From NCBI RefSeq assembly GCF_006345805.1, contig NC_042999.1, positions 24,552,001 through 24,616,000 on the forward strand: 64,000 bases of DNA, written 5' to 3'. Positions 1 to 10,769 of the stretch are shown one piece after another; positions within the stretch are counted from its first letter, which is position 1, and each line of letters begins with the position of its first letter. The stretch is from Octopus sinensis. Taxonomy: Eukaryota. The notes under the pieces were generated by a model. The model did not search any database, had not been told where the DNA came from, and saw only the letters and a list, made by a program, of their open reading frames with translations. Both the position numbers and the translations under genes were made by a program.

Positions 1-9
1 AGTTGCCGG

Positions 10-110
10 TAAACATAGGTGGGATTGGCTGAAGAAAGGAATACTGAAAAAAGAGTCTGAGAGCACTGTACTAGCAGTGCAAGACCAAGCTTTGGCTACA
101 AATTGGAGGT
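10..110 (+). mobile_element. R4/Dong-like non-LTR retrotransposon fragment
   Basis: WLKKGILKKESESTVLAVQDQALATN resembles the post-RT LKKETE...AAQDQAL motif. Confidence 0.4.
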
Positions 111-146
111 CCAACCTTAGGAATGAGCAAGTGTCTACAGAATAAT

Positions 147-311
147 ACATCCTGTAACTAACCCTAACCCTAAATTTTTGTTTCTTAATTGTTAAATTAA
201 TTTAATTGTTACGCGTGTAAAAAAAAACTAAAGCAATGGAATTAAATTAATTTAACAATTAAGAAAAAAAAATTAGGGTTAGGGGGAGGTTTAGGGTTAG
301 TTACAGGATGT
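147..311. mobile_element. Fold-back MITE with 21-bp perfect TIR containing telomere-like TAACCC/GGGTTA
   Basis: acatcctgtaactaaccctaa (147-167) is the reverse complement of 291-311; inner arms are also inverted. Confidence 0.7.
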
Positions 312-3066
312 TGTCTCAGTTTTAGATGCAGCAAATGATTTTAGTTGAATGGAGGTAATCGATTGGTTAAAATTGCCGAAATGCTCAGATTTTCAGATGA
401 AATATCTTACAAACTATAGAATTTTCTCAATAAAACCAAGAGAAAATGATGTTTTATAAATGCATTCTACCAGTATACGAAGTTTAAAAGTGTTTAGTTA
501 ATTAGAAATTGTGTTGACATCTGCCGTTCAAAAGGAAAAGATCCAATATTTTTCTCACTCACTACAGGTACTTTTTCTTTGTTTTTTCTTCCATATCATT
601 GCGTTTGGTTCCATCTGCCTCAAGTATTCCCAGATATTTATATTTGGATTCAGGTTCAGTTGCCTTCATCATTTCATCACTTGGCATATAGTATTATTCT
701 GTAGATACATAGTATTATTCTAGAGAATGTTTGAGAAAACATAAGAAAATTATAAGTTTGTTTTAAAATTTGAGATTACATAGACAGTACTTTACATAGG
801 ATATCGGTAGTTCCAATGAACACTCTCTTTTGAATTTCTGCCATTTTGGGGCTTCCTGGTATCTGAGTTAGGTAGGAATAAGCTCTTTTTTGCACCTACG
901 ACAACAGGTATTATTTTAGTCTTGAGGGTCCACATTTTCCTTGTATCTAAAGTACTTTTCATTTAATTTTTCCAAAATTTAATTGTTTTCCAAATTTACT
1001 ATTGAAAAAGTCTCAATGACTGAAACCAGTACTGAAATGTTTTTTATAAAATTATTTTAGTATTTTCTACCTTTACTTTTTTTCCATATATATATATAAT
1101 TTGCATTAGTTTTTGTAATAAAAAAAAAAACAGAAGGGAGTGAGGCTTGTTTGTAGTTTGTAGAGAAAATGTGCCTGAAAAAAAAAACAAAGTTTTTCCC
1201 CACCAACTAAAAGACACGAAGAACTATGAAAGGAGGTGAATAAATACCGGGGATGGGGGAAAGAAGAGAGAACTAACACTCGATCGTTCTAGAACTCCCA
1301 GAATAAAAATGTGAACACCGGAAAGGTTTTTCCTCTATTCATTACTAAATGTCTTTTCCCCTTCTTCATTGTTAAAAGTAAAGAAGCTAGAAAAGATCGA
1401 TCATATTTCAGTCTTGTAGCTGATATCTTCACTGTTTGAGAGATATATTAGAAATGATCCCGTGTTAGATAACAACCATCTACGGCTATTTTGACCCTGT
1501 TGTGTCCACTGCTCTGATTGGTTGACATTGGCGCAATTTGTCTCTTGACTTATTTCACGTCAGTGTGTAATCCAACCAATCACAGCCTTCGGATAAGGTC
1601 CCATGACACTGTTTTTCTTATGCCTTGTTTGAGCCTACCTCAGGCTTTATAACGCCCCAGCATTCACGATACCAGGTCTTTGGTTCCAGTCCTTTCAGGA
1701 CTAACCTCTGACCACAGAGCTACTCAACCATGTTCCAGCAACACCGTCTTTGGCTTTAGTCCTTTTCAGGACTAGCCTCTGACCGTAGAGCGACTCAAAC
1801 ATTTCCAGTTCCAGCGACAGACGACGCTAATATACACCAGCAATGTAGGACGTCTCCACCACCATCACCATCACCACCGTTGACTTTAAATACGTACACA
1901 GCACTCGCTCAGGTTTAAACTCCACGCTGTTGTGAATATTTACCAAGGTAAACAGCACAGTCAGCCTGAGAGATTCCTGTATCAAGAAACCTGGCACAGC
2001 ATTGAAGCCACAACCACTACACGACATGTGTTCAACCGGCATTCTGCCTCGTGACCCCAACATCCTGTTACAGCACTATTATTATTGTGTACCTTATTAC
2101 GAACTGGTAAATTAACTCCATCTTGTCTAAAATACCATGACAAACTCTTTTCTTCTCTGCTCTGCATTGTATTCTGCACACACCTTGTTTGTACTTCTGT
2201 CAAACACACAGACACAAACACTTGTTGCATGCACACAGACACTCCACTCTGCTAGCACCCATACTTTATCCTACTGTACACATCTGTAAATAAAGTCTTC
2301 TCTCTCAAACAGCAGAACGGTTGTCATCCTCATTATTCCCTTTGGCACTTATTTTTTATACCATGTATTCTGCTTCTTCTATTTTGTTAGGGTGACCATG
2401 CGGCATTAAAAAGGAGACATTTGTCATCAACTCCTTATGTATGGTCATATTCCCTACAGTCTAATTGTCATTGTAAATGACTGGTGCTTTCCTTTCTCTG
2501 TCTTTAGTGCTTCACTCCTTTACTCTATGGTTAATTTTGCTTGCTTCAGTCTGTCCAACAGGAAATGAATTCTACACCTACATCATAAATGAACAATTAA
2601 AGGTTAAACTGATTGCAATAACATAAGTACCAGGAGTTTATTGCCTATTACCTTACCTTGGCAACATGCAATAAACTCTTGTTTGCAATAATAATCTTAT
2701 CTTGGCAACTAGGAGACTTTCTTTTGAATTAAGCCTTATCGGTGTGTCTCTAGAATTCTTTTGTTATTGTTACATGGCTTTATTCAGTGAACTTCTCTCT
2801 TAGAAAACTTGGCAGAGTTATGAGAGCACTAGACAAAATATCTTGCAGTATTTAGTTATTTTCTTTTCCACTCTTAGTTCAAATTCGGCCAGTCAACTTT
2901 GATAAAGTAAGTACTAGCTAAGTACTACAATTAATTTAATGACTATGCTCTTTGTCAAAATATGAGACTTTGTACTTATTCTAGAAATCATTGTTATCAT
3001 TACATGATGCGTATGCAATGTATCGATGTTATGTTTGTATAGTTGCAGGAAATTTTGAAGTATAAA

Positions 3067-3303
3067 ATGAATTACAAAATAAAAAAAAAGAAAGCAATAA
3101 GTCCCAAAAAATCGAGTGCAATAACTGATGGCAAGAAGAAACCTGAAAAGATCAAATCCCAACAAAAGTTGATAAACAATGTTATTATGAAAAAATTTCT
3201 GAAAGTATATACCAAATATTGTGCAGATACTAAGTCTGCAGTATGCCCATGGATAAAAATGGCAACACACAGTTGCATCAAAGAAAACTCTCTCCTGAAA
3301 AAG
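3067..3303 (+). CDS. LRR gene coding exon 1 (Lys-rich N-terminus, MNYKIKKKK...SCIKENSLLKK)
   Basis: ATG at 3067 is in ORF 3043..3345. AG acceptors at 3041-42 and 3047-48 lie upstream. Phase-0 GT donor at 3304 joins in frame to the exon at 7927. The donor (gttaaa) is weak and the start codon is inferred. Confidence 0.7.
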
Positions 3304-6300
3304 GTTAAATTTTATGGATCTTTCACTACTTTTGACATTGTGTGAATGTGTATAGCAAGAATTGGATCGTGTCTCATACATATGTAAGGAAATCTCTCAC
3401 TGTCTCATCTTTCCTCGTATATGTTTTTATCCGTACGTGCATACACAAAAATCAGAATTTTCTTCAAACATATTTCAATAATGCTTGGAACATGGTTTTA
3501 GTATTTTGGTGAGAATTTAATAGTCAGCTCACACTAGCAAGTGATATGCGATTCAATGACAAGATCTTGTGCACAGCCATGTTATTTAGATGTTAGTACA
3601 ATTTCATTAAGTAGTCATTATTAACATAAGTTATACGGCTTATACTGATGCGTGTTATTAAGCAATGAATTGGTTATATAACTATATTCTCTGTACCTTA
3701 ACCAAGTTTTAGAGTTTGAGTTGTTTGTTATGGCTTAGAGGAGGATGAGCATGACTTTTTCTTGGCTTTCAAGATTTGTGAGGATATTGATAAAAGAAGA
3801 AACCATAAGTTTATATCTTGATACACTACTACAGTATCAGTGTCATCCTCTCGAGGTCTGGTCAGAGAACTCTGCTAAAAGAACCTGAGTCAGCTGATGG
3901 TGTCAATCTGAGATAAATTATGTCTACCATCGAAACTTGTCATCAGTTAATTAAATAATTAAAAACCTCTTTCTTTTTAGCTTATCAAAGCTAAAATCTT
4001 AATGAAATACTGTAGTAGAAATGGGTTTTGGGAACTTGGTAACATAAGGTTTATGCTTGAGGACCATAAAGCATGGATTTACACTGAAGGATCCTAAATG
4101 GATCTATCGGAGATGGATCTTTTGGCAACCTTTTGATCTCTTAATTTAGCCTTAAATATGTGCATTCATCCACCAAAAATACTGCAGTATACAAACCCAA
4201 AGCTTTAAAATCATCCATGGTCCTCAGTGAATCTTAATATTCCTAGTATCTCTTACTTTTGATGAAAATCCAAACAAAACATTTGTAAGGAACCCTACAT
4301 GTATATTCATGATTTCATGCCTTTAATCAAAAGAATCTACAAATACATGTGTTCAGTGACGAGCCATCAAAATTTTGATGAAATCTCTGAGCTGTAGAAA
4401 TTTTAAACATTAGCTCTGTATGAAAAATTCTAATTTTGGCAATAATTTATCACCACCACTTCAAACATTGATGGAGATATTAGCTACGAAATTAATTATA
4501 AAAAGAACTTTCAACATTGAGTATACTTACTTCTTTTAACATATATGCTAAAGAGTTGAGTGTTTATGACAGCTTTGTAGCAATGAATATGTCAGAAATT
4601 AACCTATTACGAAACCAGCCAATATTAAAATAAGTTTTATGTTATAAAAAAAAAACAACTATATTTTTAATTTCTAAACAGCTAATCAGTGATATAAATA
4701 CACTATTGAAAAACGCTTTGCTTACAAATAGCAATAATAATGTTATCAAATACTCAACCACCTCTGTTTTTATGTGTCGTATTGCACCAGCTCCACTCAA
4801 ATTCTTTCAAATAACTATAAAATACTTTGGATCTTTTTGGTTGGGTGTCATAAGTGGTGTCATATGAAATTGTCACCCATAATTATGACCCTAGAATCAA
4901 TCTATTGCATTTCAATTTCTTTTACGGTTAGGGTTAGGGGTGGGGGAAGGGTATCTTTTTTCTTCAGAAATGTAAATAAACCCAATCTGTTTCTTAAACG
5001 AGGGTCATATTCATACGGCACAGAATGCTTTTTAATTCAATAGATGTCACTGATTGGTTGAAATTGCAGAAATTGAAGACAAAAAACAACAAATATCTTA
5101 CAAACTATAGAATTTTCTCAATAAAGCCAAGAGAAAAAGATGTTTTATAAACACATTCTACCAGTATACGAAGTTTAACATTTTTTAATTTCCTAGAAAT
5201 TATGTTAAAAACTGCCGTTCAAACCGAAAAGATCCAATACTTCTGTTATACCATTAGATCGACTTCAATTTTTCATTTGCATGAAATCAAAAAGATTCAA
5301 TACATTGTATGGATGCATGAGAATTTGCTGCTTTGACAAAATTCTGACTGGTTTGTAAAATAATACTCCAATACATGTGATAATAATTATATATGTTCAT
5401 CTCTATTTCTATATATTTAAAGAAAAGTATTCAATAATAATAATTTAAAGAACAAAAATATACAATAATGAAAGCATTTCATAATTAAATTGTTACACTA
5501 ATTTCATTGAAACTTTAACTAAATTCAACTTAAGTAACGAGGAATTATTATGAAGCATAAATAGTTGTACTTTTTTATTCTTTAAATTAAAATTTTTTTT
5601 AAAAGAATATAAACATCTTTACATTCCCTAATGTTAATGATATTGGTTTCTAATTTTGGCACAAGGCCAGCATTTTGGGGGTAGTGGTTAAGTCAATTAC
5701 ATTGATCCCTGTGACATTTATTTTATCAACTTCAAAAGGATGAAAGGCAAAGTTGACGTCAGCAGAATTTAAACTCATCAGAAGAAATGTCAGCATGCTA
5801 ATGATTCTGTCAGTTTGTTACCCTAATGTTACTTAATAATATTGAAATGGCTTCTTGGACTCTTCAGAATCTGGCAAATCAATCAAGTTCAGAAGAATAA
5901 ACTTTTTTATTTGCTGTGAGAACTGGAGAATATAACATTGTGTTACTCTTATTCTTTGTGCAAAAATGAGAAAGTGAAGGGAAAACTTGAGCTGTCATTT
6001 CAACAACAATTCACTATGAAATATACACTCCATTACAACATATCACACATTAATTTAATTTATAACATAACTCCTTTTTAGTAATTTTATTGATTAGAAA
6101 ATAAACAGTTTTAGACTGTTGAGACTAGGTTAACAGTCTGATATCAGATTCTATCAGTATTGAAGAACCATCTCTAAGAACTCAGATGGATAATCAATGC
6201 AAAATAGTATTTAAAAAATAGATGTGGAAGCAGTGCTATACTGAAACAGGAAAATTATCACAAAAAAATAAGTATTATCTGCTTGGCTAAAATCACTTTA

Positions 6301-6487
6301 CAAGTGCACCAAATTGTCAAAAGCAACATATAATAGAATTTTAAATTAATTTATAGAATTGAGTGAAAGGTAATAAACTGGTAGAATTGTTAGCAAACCA
6401 GGTCAAATGTTTAGCTGCATTTTATGTCTTCACATCTTAAGTTCAAATTCCATCAAGGATGACTTTGCCTTTCACTCATTTGGGGCC

Positions 6488-6708
6488 ATCATCATCATCA
6501 TCATCATCATCATTTAACGTCCGCTTTCCATGCTGGCATGGGTTGGACGGTTCAATCTTGATCTGGCAATGTTTCTACGGCTGGATGCCCTTCCTAACAC
6601 CAACCACTCCGTGAGTGTAGTGGGTGCTTTTTACGTGCCACCAGCACAGGTGCCAGATGGATCTGGCAAACTGCCACGATCGGATGGTGCTTTTTACATG
6701 CCACCGGA
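6488..6708 (-). mobile_element. RTE LINE 3'UTR fragment
   Basis: (ATC)n tail followed by tttaacgtccgctttccatgctggcatgggttgg, shared with the full-length RTE 3' end. Confidence 0.85.
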
Positions 6709-7187
6709 CGGGGTCAATAAAATAATAATAATAATAATAATAATAATAACTTCTCTAGTGCTAGTGACACAATAAAGTGCACCCAGTCACTGAGAAGACG
6801 GACACAGAGCTGCATAAGCCTTGCCAAAGAAAAGGAATGAATGGGAATGTGGTCTCCTTAAAAAAGAGTATAGTCAATGTGTATAACATGATAGCAACTT
6901 TGAATAAGAGCTGATACAAGGAAGTGGGGTCTCTTCAGTTCTGTCACAAACAGACCCTTTAGTGCTGGTGGTGTGATAGAATACAGTCAATTATGGTTGG
7001 TAAAAAAAAAAAAGAATGTTATCAAAAAATACAGAAAATGTACATAAACGACAGATCAGCAATTTTCTCTATTGTATATGTCAGATGACAAAGGACAGTG
7101 TCTTGACGGAAGATACTGTGAGAACCATCCACTTGGTTAAAAAAAAAATGTTGGCATAAAATGATGACGATATTCTTTCTTTTTCTT

Positions 7188-7420
7188 TTACTTGTTTCAG
7201 TCATTTGAGTGCGGCCATGCTGGAGTGCCGCCTTTAGTCGAGCAACTCGACCCCAGGACTTATTCTTTTGTAAGCCCAGTACTTATTCTATCGGTCTCTT
7301 TTGCCGAACCGCTAAGTAACGGGGACATAAACACACCAGCATCGGCTGTCAAGCAATGCTAGGGGACAAACACAGACACACAAACACACACACACGCATA
7401 TATATATATACATATATATG
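7188..7420 (-). mobile_element. SINE family A, 3' half (other partial copies at 27700..27930, 31975..32150, 37458..37610)
   Basis: Partial matches to the family A consensus. Confidence 0.8.
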
Positions 7421-7926
7421 CATATGAAAAACATTTTTTAATTAAAAATATAAAATAAAATCATTTTATTAAAAAAATCAAATAAGCTGTACAAACACAA
7501 GTTTGTAAAACTGAAGACAGCAGGTGTGCTTATGTACAGAATCCTCCTTTATCAAGTTTGTATTTACCTGGGGTTTTTAATGATTTTTTTTTGTTTAGAT
7601 TTACTAACTTTTAAACTGAAATTTTTTTTTATCAAATACTGTGAGTTATCAGGGAGATTTTCTTAAATTTTTAATTTTTAAACATACACACACACACACA
7701 AATACTTTGATGTACAAATGGGAGACAGCAGAGTTTGTTTATTATTGCTCAAAGCTGATGATTTAATTTGTTGGTATTCAGAGAGTATAGCAATGTGCCA
7801 CTTTTCACCCCAAATACCCATAGTGGTGTTCAGGTGAGAGTGCTTTGAATGAATAATATGCGTTTGTAGATAATGTGCATTAAAAGATTACTAACGACTT
7901 CTTTGGCAATGTTTTGGAAATTTTAG

Positions 7927-8067
7927 ATAATCATCGAGCAATCCCTGACCCAACCTCGTGTACTCTTTGAACCCCTCATTGCTGCATTAAGAAGTGTCCA
8001 CTACCATTATTTAAACCATCTCTATATTTGGAACTATCCTATGTCATATGAAAATACATGTACCTTG
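7927..8067 (+). CDS. LRR gene coding exon 2 (IIIEQSLTQPRVLFEPLIAALRSVHYHYLNHLYIWNYPMSYENTCTL)
   Basis: ttttag acceptor, gtaagt donor, 141 bp open, phase 0/0. Confidence 0.85.
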
Positions 8068-9219
8068 GTAAGTGTATTCTGTTTCTATTTTGTATGGTAC
8101 TCTCATGTGGTGTTGTGTCTGTGTGGCCCATTGCTTTGCAGTATGTGTTCTAGCTCTTTATGTTCTGAATCAAATTCAGCAAAGGTCAACTTTACCTGCC
8201 ATCCTTTTAGGGTTAATAAAATAAAGTACCTGTCAAATACTAGAGATGATGTAATTAACTAGCCTTCTCACCTCACAAGTGCTGACATCGTGCTTAAGTT
8301 AGAAATGTCATCATTATTGTTGTTGTTGTGATGGTGGTAGGCTGAAAACCATACAGTCACCTTCAGCTCTGTGGATTTTAACAAAATATCAACCCCCTTT
8401 TACAGGAAAGAGTTAGAATATAAGTACTGGATAAGACCAACTGGGTCTGGTTGAGTCTAATTTCATTGTTAGATTCCTGTCTGAAAGAGTCTAATTGTAT
8501 TTTGATTTTGGGTATAACAGCTGAAATGTCATAACAACAAACAAGATGAGGACGAATATCCATCAAATGTAAATAGTGTAAATAATGTACATAATTCCTC
8601 ACCTCTTAAATTTAGAACTGTATACAGAGAATTAAAGGGGAAATTTCTTTTTCGAAGATTTTTAGAAGGAAAAATCCCAATAGGAAACTCTTTACAAAGG
8701 CCTTTCAAAATTTTTCTCTTAACCAATGAGAAATCTGGGCTAACTCATTTATTTGAGAACCAAGGCAAATGACCTCTCTGACACACATGGCTATTCTCAG
8801 AACCTTGTGTTCAAATGTGCATGGTTTGGGGTCAGATTGGAAGCAATGTCATTTGATCATCAACCTCAGTTTGGTAAACTTAAATATAGCAGTCATCGAT
8901 TAGACCAGGCTCTTTAGGATGGGCCACATACACTCGTGCATTTTCAACAACTAAGAGATATTCTCATCTTGTGATCTGTTGAGATCAAGAACCTTTAGAT
9001 CTCGAGGTACAATCAACCAAAAGGTAAATCAGTAGTCCTGGATATGAATGGTAGCAAAAGCAGTGCCTTTAGACTAGTAGCAATCTGTGCTTCAGCTTAT
9101 GTGTATACACACATACACACATACACATGCAGGTATTTTGATTTATGCTAAATATTTTGCTTATTATCTTCATTAATTCACACAATTTTGTAAAAAACTT
9201 TGCTATTTTGTTTCTGTAG

Positions 9220-9311
9220 ACATTTTTTATGAACAAATATTATGAAGGATTAAAAACTATATATTTAATTGACAACATCTTAACTTCTGAATCTTTACAG
9301 AGATTTATCAA
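9220..9311 (+). CDS. LRR gene coding exon 3 (TFFMNKYYEGLKTIYLIDNILTSESLQRFI)
   Basis: tttctgtag acceptor, gtaagt donor, phase 0/2, LxxLxLxxN-type repeat. Confidence 0.85.
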
Positions 9312-9364
9312 GTAAGTATGGAATTGTGCCATTTCTATGTTAATAGTAAATTTTATGATATATT

Positions 9365-9831
9365 GTTGAAGTGCTATTGGTTTCCCTTCATGGCAGAATT
9401 AATAGTCAAGACTATTTAAGCATTTTATCTGATCAAATTCATCCTATGGTTGCAGAACTGTTTCTAGAGGGAAACACAATCTTTCAGGGTGATAATGCAC
9501 CAATTCACACAGCTAAAGTTGTTACTGAATGGCATAAGGAACATTCTAGTGAAACTTGAACATCTTATCTGGCCACCACAGTCCCCAGATCTCAATATTA
9601 TTGAACATTTATGATACATTTTAGAAAAACAAGTAAGGAGTCGATATCCTCCACCATCATCACCACAAGAACTGGAGACTGTTTTAGCTGCAGAATGGAC
9701 AAAAATTCCTTTGGAAACAATTCAAATTCATAGAATTCAAGCTGTAATTACTGCCAAAAGCGGTCCTACCCCATATTAAAATAAATTTGTTTGAAATTTT
9801 AAGGTGTTTCCATTATTTTGTCCAACCCCTG
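9365..9831 (+). mobile_element. Tc1-family DNA transposon relic (transposase C-terminal half and right TIR)
   Basis: DNAPIH and WPPQSPDLNIIEHL motifs with internal stops. The terminus ...ttgtccaacccctg is followed by TA. Confidence 0.85.
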
Positions 9832-9852
9832 TATATATATATATATATATAT

Positions 9853-10765
9853 ATGGACAAAATATACAAGTGGGCTGAAAAGAATAGCATGCAGTTCAAT
9901 GCTGAAAAGTTTCAAGCTCTATGCTATCAGCACGCAAAACTAAATGCAATACCCAATAAATACACTGGACCTGGAGGGACTGCAATCCCAGAGGCACAAT
10001 CAGTGCGAGACCTGGGTATTTACATGAGTGATGATGCAACCTATCATGTGCATGTTGCTAAATTGGCAATGAAATGTAGGTGGCTGACCGGATGGATTCT
10101 TAGAACCTTCAGAACAAGAGACCAGGAAACCATGGTCTTCTGGAGGACACTTGTCCTAAGCCACTTTGACTATTGCTCTCAACTATGGTCACCATCCAGT
10201 GTCAAGTTAATCACAGAACTTGAGGCGATCCAATGAAGCTACACGAAGAAGATAGCCTCTGTGCAGAATATAAGCTATTGGGAAAGACTCAAGAGATTGA
10301 GACGCTATTCCTTAGAGCATAGGTGAGAAAGATATGCCATAATATACATCTGGAAGATCCTAGAAGGATTTGTCCCAAACTTTGACATCGAGAGTTACAC
10401 AAATGCCAGAACTGGGCGCCACTGCATAGTGCCAAGGACTCCAAATTTGCCATCAAGATGTAGGACAAGATACTGTGATAGCCTGGGCTTCCGAGGTCCA
10501 CAGCTCTTCAATATCCTCCTGAAGAACCTAAGAGACCTGCATGGGATAGATGCAGATGTCTTTAAAATGAAACTGGATCTCTTCTTGTCAGGTATCCCAG
10601 ATGAACCAACTTCACGGCAGGTGGTGCAGATGAGGGCAGCTGCATCGAACTCTCTCATGCACCAAATGGCAATTGCTAAAAAGCATTCGTAAGTAAAATC
10701 ATGTAGCAACACCAAATGGTGGTGCCCCAGCATGGCCACAGCTTGTGAGCTGAAACTAGATAAAA
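9853..10765 (+). mobile_element. CR1/Jockey-group LINE, 5'-truncated (RT C-terminus and 3' end)
   Basis: ORFs 9787..10236 and 10429..10692: MQFNAEKF, VRDLG, WILRTFRTRD, DYCSQLWSP, YSLE.R. Confidence 0.88.
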
Positions 10766-10769
10766 AGAT

